The notes under the pieces: model-generated
What the model saw: the letters and a program-made list of their open reading frames with translations, nothing else
Databases searched by the model: none
Told to the model about the DNA's origin: nothing
DNA from: Acidobacteriota bacterium
Lineage (GTDB): Bacteria > Acidobacteriota > Thermoanaerobaculia > Multivoradales > JAGPDF01
DNA length: 64,000 nt
Assembly: GCA_011525905.1 (NCBI GenBank)
Contig: WYBK01000242.1
Location: 21,153 to 85,152 of the forward strand
Reading direction: 5' to 3'
In this document: positions 46,645 to 56,648 of the stretch, piece after piece
How positions within the stretch are numbered: position 1 is the first letter of the stretch
Layout of the letters: the number at the start of each line of letters is the position of its first letter
Position numbers and translations under genes: made by a program

Positions 46645-47422
46645 GATCCGCAGTCGACAGAACCAGACGATCAAGACTATTCGGGGCCTGCGGCGAAGGC
46701 AAGGCGAGCATGCGCTGCTCGAGGGGCCGCACCTGCTGCGCGAGGCGCTCGCGAGCGGCGTGCCGCTCGAAGCGGTCCTCGCGACGCCCGGATTCCTCGC
46801 GCGAGCCGAGGGGCAGGATCTCGTCCGCCGGCTGCGCTCGCCACCGACCGAAGTGGCCGAGGAGGTCTTCGACTCGCTCTGCGAGGCCGACACTCCTCGG
46901 GGCGTTCTGGCCGTCGTTCGGCTCGTGCGCGGCGCCATCGAAGGGCTGCCCCGCCTCGGCGCGGGCCTCTACCTGTTTCTCGACGCCGTCCAGGATCCCG
47001 GCAACCTCGGAGCGATCGCCCGCGTCGCCGAGGCCTTCGGCGTGGCCGGCCTGGTCCTGGCGACCGGCTGCGCCCATCCGAATCACCCGCGCGCCTTGCG
47101 AGCCTCGGCCGGCAGCCTGCTCCGGCTCCCGGTGGCGCGCGAGGCGTCGGCGGTCCGGCTGGACGCGCACCTCGGTGCACCCCGTCCGACGTGGCTCGGC
47201 CTCGTCGCGCACGGCGGCGAGCCCACTCCCCGACTCTCCCCCGCCACACCCTGCGTCCTCGCCCTGGGCGCCGAGGGGGGAGGGCTCTCCGCGGCGACCG
47301 AGGCCCGGCTCGACGGCCGCTGGACCCTGGCGCTCCGCCCGCCGGTCGAATCGCTCAACGTCGCGGTCGCCGCGGGGATCGCGCTCTACGCGCTCGACCG
47401 GGAGCGGGGCGCGACCGTGTAG
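46643..47422 (+). CDS. TrmH/SpoU-family RNA 2'-O-methyltransferase (RlmB-like)
   Basis: SPOUT motifs LFLDAVQDPGNLGAIARVAEAFGV, LGAEGGGLS and ESLNVAVAAGIALY, with an N-terminal substrate-binding domain. Confidence 0.85.
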   Translation: MIRSRQNQTIKTIRGLRRRQGEHALLEGPHLLREALASGVPLEAVLATPGFLARAEGQDLVRRLRSPPTEVAEEVFDSLCEADTPRGVLAVVRLVRGAIEGLPRLGAGLYLFLDAVQDPGNLGAIARVAEAFGVAGLVLATGCAHPNHPRALRASAGSLLRLPVAREASAVRLDAHLGAPRPTWLGLVAHGGEPTPRLSPATPCVLALGAEGGGLSAATEARLDGRWTLALRPPVESLNVAVAAGIALYALDRERGATV

Positions 47423-47433
47423 CATCGCCGGCC

Positions 47434-48999
47434 GTGATCCGCACCCACCGCTCCCGATTCCGCTCCCAGCCGCGCCGTTCGGTTCTCCCCGCGGGTGGGC
47501 TCGCCGCGCTCGCCCTCTCGTTGGTCGCGTGCGGCGGCGATCTGCCGGGCGAATCTCCTCGCCCTTCCGCCTCCGGGGCAGCTCCGGTCTCGGAGCTCCC
47601 GCCGCTGCCGCCTCGGCCGAGCATCCTGCTGGTGACGGTCGACACGCTGCGCGCCGACCGGCTGGGCGCCTGGGGGGCGGTGCGCGACACCTCGCCGGTG
47701 CTCGACGCCCTCGCGGCGGAGGGCATGCGCTTCGCGGCCGCGCAGGTCCAATGGCCGAAGACCGGCCCCTCCTTCGCCTCGATGTTCACGGCGACCTATC
47801 CGAAGGACAACGGCATCGCCCGCCACGTCGGCATTCCCCTGCCGTGCGCCTTCCGGACGCTGGCCGAAGAGCTCTCCGCGCTCGGGTACCAGACCGAAGC
47901 GGTCGTCGCCAACGGCGCGGTTGGCCGCGAGTTCAACTTCGACCAGGGTTTCGACGGCTACCTCGAGACCTGGAAGATCGACGAGGACCCCGGGCTCAAC
48001 CGCTGGCAGCGGGCGCGGCGCGACCCGAACCGGGCGGGCCGGGTGACCGACCTCGCGCTCGAGGTCGCCGGTCGGCTCGACCGCGACCGCCCCTTCTTCC
48101 TCTGGGTCCACTACCTCGACCCGCACGCGCCGTACGAGCCGCCGCGCAGCCACCGCGACCTGTTCCAGGGGGACGCGTACTTCGATCCGATTCCGCGTGT
48201 CTCGATCGACTCGCGGCGGTCGCGCCGGGAGATCGGCGCGATCGGCAAGGCGGACGCCGTGGACGGGCGCGAAGAGCTCGCGTTCTACCTCGCCCGCTAC
48301 GACGCCGAGATCCGCTACACGGACGAAGAGATCGGCCGGCTGCTCACGGGTCTGGCCGAGCTGGGGCTCGCGCGCGACCGCCTGACGGTTTTCACCTCCG
48401 ACCACGGCGAGTCTCTCGGCGAGCACAACTACTTCTTCGGCCACGGCCGGCTCGCCTTCCAGACCTGCCTGCACGTGCCTCTGCTCTTCCACTGGCCGGG
48501 TGCGCTCGCACCGGGCGTCGACGAGGATCCGGTCGAGCTGATCGACCTCGCGCCGACGCTGCTCGAGATCGCCGGCCAGGACCTCGCGGCGGGTCGCTGG
48601 GCGCAGGGGCGCTCCCGAGTCGCACGCTTGCGTGGCCGAGGGGCAGGCTCGGAGGACGCTCGGGCCTTCTCCGAGGCGGGCTACGCGCAGCACGGCAAGT
48701 GGATCCGCGCCTTGCGCGAGCGGCGGATGAAACTGGTCTACTCGCCCCATCCGAAGGACCAGCAGCTGATCGGCGGCGAGGGGGTCGCCTTCGCGCTCTA
48801 CGACCTGGAAGCCGATCCGGCGGAATCGGTCAATCTCGCCGCCGAGCGCCCCGAGGAGCTCGCGAGGCTCAAGCGGGAGCTCTGGACCTGGGACCGCGCC
48901 CCCCGTTTCGATGCCGAAACCGACACCGCCAGCTGCGGCGAGGGGCGCCCGGTCGATCGCGATACCGAAGAGCTGCTGCGCTCGCTCGGCTACCTCTGA
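47434..48999 (+). CDS. Sulfatase-like (alkaline-phosphatase superfamily) lipoprotein hydrolase/transferase
   Basis: Lipobox LSLVACGG, the metal-site motif ILLVTVDTLRADRLG, and FTSDHGESLGEHNYFFGHG. The canonical C/S-x-P-x-R formylglycine motif is replaced by T-G-P-S-F. Confidence 0.8.
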   Translation: MIRTHRSRFRSQPRRSVLPAGGLAALALSLVACGGDLPGESPRPSASGAAPVSELPPLPPRPSILLVTVDTLRADRLGAWGAVRDTSPVLDALAAEGMRFAAAQVQWPKTGPSFASMFTATYPKDNGIARHVGIPLPCAFRTLAEELSALGYQTEAVVANGAVGREFNFDQGFDGYLETWKIDEDPGLNRWQRARRDPNRAGRVTDLALEVAGRLDRDRPFFLWVHYLDPHAPYEPPRSHRDLFQGDAYFDPIPRVSIDSRRSRREIGAIGKADAVDGREELAFYLARYDAEIRYTDEEIGRLLTGLAELGLARDRLTVFTSDHGESLGEHNYFFGHGRLAFQTCLHVPLLFHWPGALAPGVDEDPVELIDLAPTLLEIAGQDLAAGRWAQGRSRVARLRGRGAGSEDARAFSEAGYAQHGKWIRALRERRMKLVYSPHPKDQQLIGGEGVAFALYDLEADPAESVNLAAERPEELARLKRELWTWDRAPRFDAETDTASCGEGRPVDRDTEELLRSLGYL

Positions 49000-49000
49000 G

Positions 49001-49990
49001 TCAGCCCGCGGCGCGCGACTCGCGCACCGCCGCGGTCAGCGCCGGCACGACCTCGTGGAGGTCGCCGACGATGCCGTAGTGCGCGACCTTGAAGATCGGC
49101 GCGCCGGCGTCCTTGTTGACCGCGACGACGACGGTGGATCCCTTCATGCCAACGAGGTGCTGGATCGCTCCCGAGATGCCGAGCGCCAGGTAGAGCTTGG
49201 GCGAGACGGTCTGACCGCTCGATCCGATCTGCCGATCGCGGGGCAGCCAACCGGCGTCGATCACCGGCCGACTGGCGCCGATTTCCGCCTTGAGCAGCGC
49301 CGCGAGCTCCTGGACCGGGGCGAGCTTGTCGGCGCCGCCGACGCCCCGGCCGACGGCGACGATCACCTCCGCCTTGCTCAGGTCGACTTGGTCGCCGCCC
49401 GCCTGCTCGACGCCCAAGACCTCCCGTCCGAGGTCGGCGGCGCCGAGCTCGACCGGCAGCGGCGCGACGCCAGCGCTGCCCGGCCGCCGCGAATCGGCCG
49501 AGAAAGCGCCCGACTGCAGCGACACCAGCACCGGTCCGGCGCCCCGGGTCCGCACCCGGGCCTGCATCTTTCCGGTCAGGATCGGTCGGCGCCAGACCAG
49601 CCCGGCTTCGCCTCGCTCGAAGCCGATGGCCTCGGGGACCAGGGCCGCACCGATCGCCTGGGCGAGACGCGGCACGTACTCCACGGATTGGTAGGTGTGG
49701 GGAAAGAGCACGAAATCGGGGCGCTCCGCCCCGATCGCGGCGGCGAGCGTCGCGACGTAGCCGCCCGGCGTGTATCCGGCGAGCAGAGGGTGATCGGCCG
49801 TCCGCACCGCCGCCAGGTCGTGCCCCGCCGCCTCGCGCGCCAGGTCGCCGATCTCCGAGCCGAGCAGCACGGCCTCGGCGCTGCCGCCGAGCTCGTCCGC
49901 GAGCCGCTGGGCGGCGGCGATTGCCTCCCAGCCCATCCGGTGGAGCTTTCCTTCGCGCTGCTGCAGAACTGCCCAGATGCGGGTCGTCAT
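49001..49990 (-). CDS. etfA: Electron transfer flavoprotein subunit alpha
   Basis: The C-terminal FAD-binding region ([35 protein letters not shown]) is diagnostic. 329 aa. Confidence 0.9.
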   Translation of the reverse strand: MTTRIWAVLQQREGKLHRMGWEAIAAAQRLADELGGSAEAVLLGSEIGDLAREAAGHDLAAVRTADHPLLAGYTPGGYVATLAAAIGAERPDFVLFPHTYQSVEYVPRLAQAIGAALVPEAIGFERGEAGLVWRRPILTGKMQARVRTRGAGPVLVSLQSGAFSADSRRPGSAGVAPLPVELGAADLGREVLGVEQAGGDQVDLSKAEVIVAVGRGVGGADKLAPVQELAALLKAEIGASRPVIDAGWLPRDRQIGSSGQTVSPKLYLALGISGAIQHLVGMKGSTVVVAVNKDAGAPIFKVAHYGIVGDLHEVVPALTAAVRESRAAG

Positions 49991-50784
49991 CAGATCACCC
50001 TCGCTTCGCCTTGGAGCAGCCCGACGAGCTTCTTGGCCGCGGAGACCGCGTCTCCCTCGAGTATCTGGGCGGCAGCGGCGCTCTCCGGGAAGCCGACCGA
50101 GAGCACCTCCAGGCGCGCCGCTGCGGCGCCGACCTCGCTCTCCTGCAAGCCGAGATCGGCGGGGCTCGGCTCGGCGATCTCCTTCTTCTTGGCTGCCATG
50201 ATCCCCTTGAGGGAGGCGTAGCGCGGGTGGTTGATCCCCGCCTGAATCTCGAGCACCGCGGGCAGCGCCATCCGGAAGATCTCGTTGGTGCCGCTCTCCA
50301 TCTCTCGCGTGACCTGAAGCGACGCGCCCCCCTCCTCCACCTCGACGCCCATGACCAGCCAGGCGTGTGGCCAACCCAGGTGGCCGGCCACCACCGTGCC
50401 GGTGGCGCCGAAGCCTTGGTCGTCCGATTGCGATCCGGTCAGGACCAGGTCGCAGCCCTCGCGCGCGATGGCCGCGGCGAGCGCCCGGCCGTCGGCGAGC
50501 GCGTCGCCGCCGCGAAAGGCCGTGTTGGCGAGCAGCACGGCGCGGCTCGCGCCCAGCGCCAGCGCCTTGCGCAGAGCCTCGCGCACGCGCTCGGGTCCGA
50601 GGCTGATGGCGATCACCTCGCCGCCGGTCGTCTCGGCCAGCTTGAGTCCCTCCTCGAGGGCGTATTCGTCGCTCTCGTTGATGACGAACGGGACGTCGGC
50701 CTCGTCGATCCACCTGCCGTCCGGGGCGACTCGGAGCCGCGCCTCGGTGTCGGGCACCTGCTTGATACAGACCGCGATCTTCAT
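49990..50784 (-). CDS. etfB: Electron transfer flavoprotein subunit beta
   Basis: MKIAVCIKQVPD N-terminus. ATGA overlap with etfA. Confidence 0.9.
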   Translation of the reverse strand: MKIAVCIKQVPDTEARLRVAPDGRWIDEADVPFVINESDEYALEEGLKLAETTGGEVIAISLGPERVREALRKALALGASRAVLLANTAFRGGDALADGRALAAAIAREGCDLVLTGSQSDDQGFGATGTVVAGHLGWPHAWLVMGVEVEEGGASLQVTREMESGTNEIFRMALPAVLEIQAGINHPRYASLKGIMAAKKKEIAEPSPADLGLQESEVGAAAARLEVLSVGFPESAAAAQILEGDAVSAAKKLVGLLQGEARVI

Positions 50785-50955
50785 CCTGCCGATCTCCTTC
50801 CGACCGTGCAAGCTATCGTCGCGCGCCGCGGCGAGTCAACGAGCCGGGACCGGGGCGCGCGCGGACGGCCTCGGGCGCGCGCGCGGCGTCCGCAGCGCGT
50901 GGACAGGCCGTCGAGCCGCGTGCTACCTTTCCGCGATCTCGGAGCCGGCCCGAAC

Positions 50956-51684
50956 ATGACCCCCATTCCGCTCCCGCTCGCCCTCGCCCAGCAGGACCCC
51001 GGCGCGATCGGCCTCACCGAGGCCTTCTCGCGCTCCGGCCCGATGGCCCTGTTCGTCCTCGGGCTGCTCGTCTTTTCCTCGGTGGTCTCGTGGGCGGTCT
51101 TCATCTGGAAGATCCTCATGTACCGGCGCGCGCGCCGGCAGAGCCGGACTTTCCTGCAGACCTTCCGCGCGAGCAAGCGATTCAGCGAGGTCAGCGCGGC
51201 GAGCTCGCGCGTCGCCGCGAGCCCCTTGGTCGGCGTCTTCCAGGCGGGCTACGCGGAGATCGACGGGCAGATCCGGTCGCTCGCGGACCCCTCGGGGGGG
51301 CTCACGACACGCTACGAGATCCGCTCGCTGGCCGGCGTCGAGCGCACCCTCCACCGGGCGGTCGCCTCGGAGCTCCACCAGCTCGCGCGCGGCTCCTCGT
51401 TCCTCGCGACCACTGCCGCGGCCGCGCCGTTCATCGGCCTGTTCGGCACGGTTTGGGGCATCATGCGCGCCTTCGAGGACATCGGCCGCACCGGCTCGAC
51501 TTCGCTGGTGGCCGTGGCGCCCGGCATCGCCGAGGCACTGATCAACACGGCCGCCGGCCTGGCCGCCGCCATTCCCGCGCTGGTGGGCTACAACTGGCTC
51601 GGCGGCGAGCTCAAGCGCGCGCGCGCCCAGCTCGAGGACTTCGCGCTCGAGTTCCTCAACCTGGCGGAGCGGAACTTCACCTGA
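50956..51684 (+). CDS. tolQ: Tol-Pal system protein TolQ (MotA/TolQ/ExbB proton channel)
   Basis: 3 TM helices with TAAAAPFIGLFGTVWGIM. It is followed by tolR-tolA-tolB-pal-cpoB. Confidence 0.9.
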   Translation: MTPIPLPLALAQQDPGAIGLTEAFSRSGPMALFVLGLLVFSSVVSWAVFIWKILMYRRARRQSRTFLQTFRASKRFSEVSAASSRVAASPLVGVFQAGYAEIDGQIRSLADPSGGLTTRYEIRSLAGVERTLHRAVASELHQLARGSSFLATTAAAAPFIGLFGTVWGIMRAFEDIGRTGSTSLVAVAPGIAEALINTAAGLAAAIPALVGYNWLGGELKRARAQLEDFALEFLNLAERNFT

Positions 51685-52118
51685 TGGCGCTGCGCGTCGG
51701 CAGCCACGGCGAGGACGAGGAGATCCTCTCCGAGATCAACATCACGCCGCTGGTCGACGTGATGTTGGTGCTGCTGATCATCTTCATGATCACCGCGCCC
51801 ATGCTCCACCAGGGGATCGAGGTCGCCTTGCCCAAGTCCGAGGCGCAGGCGCTGCCGACGCGGACTCAGGATCCGCTGATTCTCTCGATCAACCGCGACG
51901 GGCTGGTCTACCTGAAGGACCGGCCGGTCCATCCGACCAAGCTGATCGAGGTACTGACGCCGATGCTGCGCGGCCGCCAGGACGAGATGGTCTACCTGAA
52001 AGGCGACCGGGACGTGGCTTACGGGCGCGTCGTCGAGGTGCTCGACACCCTGCGCCGAGGCGGCATCGTCCAGGTCGGCATGGTCACCGACCGCGACGAG
52101 TCCGTCGGGCGGCGGTGA
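51684..52118 (+). CDS. tolR: Tol-Pal system protein TolR (ExbD/TolR)
   Basis: INITPLVDVMLVLLIIFMITAP. 144 aa. Confidence 0.9.
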   Translation: MALRVGSHGEDEEILSEINITPLVDVMLVLLIIFMITAPMLHQGIEVALPKSEAQALPTRTQDPLILSINRDGLVYLKDRPVHPTKLIEVLTPMLRGRQDEMVYLKGDRDVAYGRVVEVLDTLRRGGIVQVGMVTDRDESVGRR

Positions 52119-52834
52119 CGGCCGTGTCGGCGACGGTCTCGAACCTGCTCGACCGCCGCCGGGCCGAGACCGGTCAGAAGGGCCTCGCCGGCGCGGTGGG
52201 TGTCGCTCTGGCTCTCCACCTCGCCGGCGCCGTGCTGGTCTGGGCGGCTCCGCGGATCGCCTCCGAGCCGCCCAAGCCGATCGAGTACGTCGCGGTGCAG
52301 ATCGTCCCCGCCGCCCGCCTCGGCGTCGAGCGGCCGAAGCCGGCACCGCCGCGGCCGACACCCGAGCCCGCGCCGCCCGCGCCCAAGGAGCCGGAAAGCA
52401 AGACGCCGACCCTCCCCGATCCCAAGGCGAAGAAGCCGGCGCCGGAGAAGCCCGCGGCGGCGCCACCTGCGGCGACCGGCTCCCGGCCCGAGGAACAGGG
52501 CACGCCCCGCGGCAATGCCGCCGGCCTCGCGCTGGGCGCGGCGGTTGCCGGCCTCGACAATCCGAACTTCACCTACGGCTACTACGTCGACCAGATGCTG
52601 GCGTTGATCTCGCGCAACTGGGCGCGACCGCCGGTCGGCTCGGGCGTCGAGGCGGTAGTCCACTATCGCATCCAACGAGACGGCCGGATCACCGAGCTGC
52701 GTATCGTCACCTCCTCGGGGATCAACTCGTTCGATCTCGCCGCCCTGCGGGCGGTGCAGGCGAGCTCGCCGCTGCCGCCGCTGCCGCGGGGCTTCCGCGA
52801 CGGCTCCCTGGGTGTCAATCTCATCGTTCGCTAG
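52115..52834 (+). CDS. tolA: Tol-Pal system protein TolA (TonB-family C-terminal domain)
   Basis: An N-terminal TM, a Pro/Lys/Ala-rich linker, and a C-terminal TonB_C-like domain (YYVDQMLALISRNW...). GTGA overlap. Confidence 0.75.
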   Translation: MTAVSATVSNLLDRRRAETGQKGLAGAVGVALALHLAGAVLVWAAPRIASEPPKPIEYVAVQIVPAARLGVERPKPAPPRPTPEPAPPAPKEPESKTPTLPDPKAKKPAPEKPAAAPPAATGSRPEEQGTPRGNAAGLALGAAVAGLDNPNFTYGYYVDQMLALISRNWARPPVGSGVEAVVHYRIQRDGRITELRIVTSSGINSFDLAALRAVQASSPLPPLPRGFRDGSLGVNLIVR

Positions 52835-52850
52835 CAAGGAGGTCCCGGCG

Positions 52851-54209
52851 ATGCGCGCTTCCCATCCGATCCCGGCCATCGCGATTCTCGGTGCGCTCGC
52901 TGCGGCACCCGGAGCCGTCGGGCAAGCTCCGCCGGCGTCGCCCGATCCGGCTTCGCAGGGCCGCGACATCACGGTCGTCCTGCCGGAGGGCAACCAGCTG
53001 CCGGTCGTGCAGCTCGCCTTCCCGGAAGTCCCCGACCTCGCTGCGCTGGCCGGCACGGCGGGCAACGCCGCCCGCGAGCTCGAGCGGACGCTGCGCGCCG
53101 ACCTCGACCGCACCGGAATCTTCGAGATCCTGGGACCGGAAGAGCTCGCGGTGCTCGAGCTCTCGGGTGACCTGGAGCGCGACGCCGACCAGTACCGCTC
53201 GCTCGGCGCCGCGATGCTCCTGCAGAGCGAGGTCAAGCTCGAAGGCGACCGGATCGTGCTCGAGGGGCGCCTGATCGATCTCGCCAGCCGCCAGACGATC
53301 GTCGGTAAGCGCTACCGCGGCACCTTCGACCTCGCTCGCCGGATCGCGCACACCTTCGCCGACGAGATCGTGCTCTTCCTCACCTCGAAGCGCGGCATCG
53401 CGCTGACCTCGATCGCCTTCGTCTCCGACCGGGACGGCAACAAGGAGATCTACCTGATGGACTACGACGGCCACGACCAGCGCAAGGTCTCGGGCCACAA
53501 GTCCATCTCGATGAGCCCGTCCTGGAGCGGCGCCGGCGACACGCTCGCCTACGTCTCGTATTTCGGCGGCGGCGGTCCCGCGCTGTACCTGGCCGACGTC
53601 GCCTCCGGCCGCAAGAGCCCCCTGGTCACCGAGGGCTCCCTCAACGTCTCGCCCTCCTTCTCCCCCGACGGCCGGCGGGTCGCGTTCGCGCGTGCCCTCG
53701 GGGCGAACATCGAGATCTTCGTCTGTCTGCGCGACGGTTCGGGCGTGCGCCGCCTGACCAACTCGCCCGGGATCGACACCAATCCGGCCTGGAGCCCCAA
53801 CGGTCAGGAGCTCGCCTTCACCTCCAGCCGGGCCGGCTCGCCGCAGCTCTACGTGATGGACGCCGAGGGCGCCAACGTGCGCCGCGTTACCTTCCAGGGC
53901 GAGTACAACGACGGCGCGGCATGGAGCGCCGACGGCACGCGCATCGCCTTCGCGACCCGGGCCGAGCGCAACCGCTTCGACATCGCCGTCCTCGATCTGG
54001 TGACGCTCGCGGCGCAGAAGCTCACCGACGGCTCGGGTAGCAACGAGTCGCCCTCCTTCTCTCCGGACGGTCGGAGGATCGCCTTCTCCTCGACCCGGGC
54101 CGGGGGGACCCAGATCTTCCTGCTCGACTCGCGCACCGGGGGGCGGGTCGAGCAACTGACCTTCCAGGGCTCGAACTCCGGGCCGGACTGGTCCCCCTAC
54201 CCCCGGTGA
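52851..54209 (+). CDS. tolB: Tol-Pal system beta-propeller protein TolB
   Basis: Signal peptide, a TolB N-domain, and repeated S.DG..IAF.S.R.G...I propeller blades. The ATG at 52851 follows the AAGGAGG RBS. Confidence 0.9.
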   Translation: MRASHPIPAIAILGALAAAPGAVGQAPPASPDPASQGRDITVVLPEGNQLPVVQLAFPEVPDLAALAGTAGNAARELERTLRADLDRTGIFEILGPEELAVLELSGDLERDADQYRSLGAAMLLQSEVKLEGDRIVLEGRLIDLASRQTIVGKRYRGTFDLARRIAHTFADEIVLFLTSKRGIALTSIAFVSDRDGNKEIYLMDYDGHDQRKVSGHKSISMSPSWSGAGDTLAYVSYFGGGGPALYLADVASGRKSPLVTEGSLNVSPSFSPDGRRVAFARALGANIEIFVCLRDGSGVRRLTNSPGIDTNPAWSPNGQELAFTSSRAGSPQLYVMDAEGANVRRVTFQGEYNDGAAWSADGTRIAFATRAERNRFDIAVLDLVTLAAQKLTDGSGSNESPSFSPDGRRIAFSSTRAGGTQIFLLDSRTGGRVEQLTFQGSNSGPDWSPYPR

Positions 54210-54316
54210 TCGATTCGTCGCCGGTTGTCTCTCTTGCACGGGATTTGCTACATTCCCGCCGAGTATTCCGGGGCCCGTCCCGACACGCGCAACCGCAGGA
54301 GTCCAAGGAGATCCAG

Positions 54317-54895
54317 ATGAACCGCCGCCCGCTCGCCTGGTCCGCCGCTCTCGCCCTGACTCTTCTCGCCACGGCCTGCGCGAAGAAGACGCCGCCCCCC
54401 CAGCCCGATCTCGGCGGCACCACGGTCGCCAAGCCGTCGCAGCCGGCCGAAGACGTGGCGCCCAAGCCGCGTCCCGAGGTCAGCGATCAGACGCAGGACC
54501 CGCTCGCCGGCGACATCGCCGCGGTCAACGAGTATCTGCAGAAGAACGGGCTGCTGGGCGACATCTACTTCGAGTTCGACAAGGCGGACCTGACCGAGGA
54601 GTCGCGCGCACGTCTGGCGCGCAACGCCGAATGGCTGCGCTCCAATCCGCAGTTCTCGGTCACCATCGAGGGGCACTGCGACGAGCGCGGCACCAACGAG
54701 TACAACCTCGCGCTGGGCGAGCGCCGCGCCTCGGCCGCGCGCGACTACGTCGCGTCGCTCGGCGTCGCGGGTCCGCGGCTGCGCACCATCAGCTACGGCG
54801 AGGAGCGGCCGAAGTGCACGCAGTCGGACGAGAGCTGCTGGTCGATCAACCGGCGCGCGACGTTCCTGGTCACCGGCCGCACGAACGTCGGCTGA
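54317..54895 (+). CDS. pal: Peptidoglycan-associated lipoprotein Pal (OmpA-C domain)
   Basis: Lipobox LLATAC, and OmpA-like NLALGERRASAARDYVASLGV...TISYGEE. Confidence 0.9.
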   Translation: MNRRPLAWSAALALTLLATACAKKTPPPQPDLGGTTVAKPSQPAEDVAPKPRPEVSDQTQDPLAGDIAAVNEYLQKNGLLGDIYFEFDKADLTEESRARLARNAEWLRSNPQFSVTIEGHCDERGTNEYNLALGERRASAARDYVASLGVAGPRLRTISYGEERPKCTQSDESCWSINRRATFLVTGRTNVG

Positions 54896-54909
54896 GCGGC
54901 AAGGCCGGC

Positions 54910-55710
54910 ATGTCGAGGCGGGCCCCTCTCTCGTTGTTGCTGGCGGGCGGCCTGCTCGCGGGCGGCTGCGTCTCGAGCAGCGACATCGAAGCGCTGCAGG
55001 CGCAGATCGCGGAGCTGCAGCGCCAGGTCGTGCAGCTCCAGATGCAGAGCTCGAGCAAGCAGGAGATCGAGCAGCTGCAGGCGACGATCGAGCGGCAGAC
55101 CGAGGGACTGATGCGCGCGGAGGCGGACATGCGCGTCGACCTCGGCAATCTCTCGACCCAGATCGAGGAGCTGCAGGGCAAGCTCGACGACACCAACTAC
55201 CGGCTCGGGCAGGTCTCGCAGCAGATCGCGGCCACCAGCCAGGACCTGAAGGCGGTGCGCAGCGCCACGTCGCCACCGGTCGCCGGGCCGTTCCCGGCGC
55301 CCGGTGCCGGCGCCGCCGACCCGGAGACGCTCTACCAGACCTCGTACTCGGACTACCTGCGCGGCAACTACGACCTGGCGCTCCTCGGTTTCCGTCAGTA
55401 CCTCGAGTCGTTCCCCGACACCGATCTGGCGGACAACGCCTCCTACTGGATCGGTGAGTGCTTCTACCGGCAGCAGAAGTACGCGGAGGCGATCGTCGAG
55501 TACGACAAGGTGCTCGAACGCTTTCCACGCAGCGACAAGACGGCGAGCGCGCTGCTGAAGAAGGGGTACGCCCAGCTCGAACTGGGGCGCAGGCAGGAGG
55601 GCATCGCCCAGCTCGAGCGTGTCGTGCAGATCTTCCCCTCCTCGGACGAGGCGAATCTGGCGCGCCAGCGCCTGCAGAGTCTCGGCGTTGATTCGGGGGG
55701 CCGTCGGTAG
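54910..55710 (+). CDS. cpoB: Cell division coordinator CpoB (YbgF), Tol-Pal associated
   Basis: Signal/lipobox, an N-terminal coiled coil (IAELQRQVVQLQMQ..), and a C-terminal TPR domain (YDLALLGFRQYLESFPDTDLADNASYWIGECFY). Confidence 0.85.
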   Translation: MSRRAPLSLLLAGGLLAGGCVSSSDIEALQAQIAELQRQVVQLQMQSSSKQEIEQLQATIERQTEGLMRAEADMRVDLGNLSTQIEELQGKLDDTNYRLGQVSQQIAATSQDLKAVRSATSPPVAGPFPAPGAGAADPETLYQTSYSDYLRGNYDLALLGFRQYLESFPDTDLADNASYWIGECFYRQQKYAEAIVEYDKVLERFPRSDKTASALLKKGYAQLELGRRQEGIAQLERVVQIFPSSDEANLARQRLQSLGVDSGGRR

Positions 55711-55774
55711 TACACTCATTCGGTTAGAGCGAGACCAGCGCTCGAGTTCAGTCTCCCCACGAGAGGAAGCATCG

Positions 55775-56047
55775 ATGGCGAATACCAAGTCGGCCAAGAA
55801 GCGCGCCGAGAAGTCCCAAGCTCAGCGCGAGAAGAACCGGGCGCTCAAGTCGCGCATGCGGACGGCGGTCAAGAAACTGCGCAAGTCGGCGGAGGCGGGA
55901 GATACCGCGACCGCCGAGAAGCTGCTTCCGGAGGTGATCTCTCTGGTGGACGCGACGGCGCAGAAGGGCGTCATCCACAAGAATTCGGCCGCCCGCACCA
56001 AGTCGCGCTTGATCGCCGCCGCGCGCAAGACCAGCCCGGGCGGCTGA
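55775..56047 (+). CDS. rpsT: 30S ribosomal protein S20
   Basis: MANTKSAKKRAEKSQAQREKNRALKSRMRT. 90 aa. Confidence 0.9.
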   Translation: MANTKSAKKRAEKSQAQREKNRALKSRMRTAVKKLRKSAEAGDTATAEKLLPEVISLVDATAQKGVIHKNSAARTKSRLIAAARKTSPGG

Positions 56048-56075
56048 AGCACCGGCGCCGCGAGCCGGCGGTCCC

Positions 56076-56100
56076 TTTCCCCTCACGACGGCTCCCTTCG
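56076..56100. terminator. Bidirectional stem-loop between convergent rpsT and lptE
   Basis: A perfect 10-bp stem GACGGCTCCC-ttcgc-GGGAGCCGTC. There is no clear U-tract on either side. Confidence 0.3.
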
Positions 56101-56129
56101 CGGGAGCCGTCGCCGTTCCGGGCCTCCCG

Positions 56130-56648
56130 TCAGAAGCCCTCGAGCAGATCGGTCACCACCGTCTCGGCGAAGCGCTTGGCCGCGGCTTCGATGGCCGGAG
56201 TCTCGCGGTCGAAGTAGCCGAGCTCCGAAGCTTCCAGCGCGTAGCTGTCGCGGAACTGGTAGCGGTCGTTCTCCCAGAGGACGAGCTCCGGCTCGAGCTG
56301 GCGGAACTTCATGCTGGCGTTGATCACGATCTCGTACTCGGTGGCTCGCCCCTCGGCGTCGAAGGACACCGGCACGACGGCGAAGCCGGTGACCGTGCCG
56401 GAAATCTCGGCGTGCGAGTCCTCGCGGCCGGCGGTGACCTCGAAACGCTGGCGCGTCACCAGCTCGTCGGCCAAAGCGCGAGTCAGGATCTGGTCGACCT
56501 GAACGCGCGTCGTCGCATTGGCGAGCGGCTCGAGATGGACGCGACGGATCTCGGGCGGAATGTTGCTGGCACGGCCGACCAGGGCGTAGCCGCACCCGAG
56601 GACGGCAAGGGCGGCGAGAGCGAGTCCCGCGAGGGCCGGACGGTTCAC
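56130..56648 (-). CDS. lptE: LPS-assembly lipoprotein LptE
   Basis: Lipobox LAVLGCG, about 170 aa. It lies immediately downstream of leuS with start/stop overlap, as in the conserved leuS-lptE arrangement. Confidence 0.7.
   Translation of the reverse strand: MNRPALAGLALAALAVLGCGYALVGRASNIPPEIRRVHLEPLANATTRVQVDQILTRALADELVTRQRFEVTAGREDSHAEISGTVTGFAVVPVSFDAEGRATEYEIVINASMKFRQLEPELVLWENDRYQFRDSYALEASELGYFDRETPAIEAAAKRFAETVVTDLLEGF

Noticed and set aside
46045-46938. Longer 297-aa version of the YjjX-like gene
   Set aside because: Its N-terminal 98 residues are low-complexity, and the extension is antisense across the trmH-family gene N-terminal third. The internal ATG at 46644 gives a protein of normal DUF84 length.
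45946-48999. 1017-aa ORF spanning metK antisense through the sulfatase gene
   Set aside because: Only the 3' part (from the GTG/lipobox at about 47434) has sulfatase-family homology and a signal peptide. The 5' 1.5 kb is antisense to metK and the YjjX-like gene and overlaps trmH.
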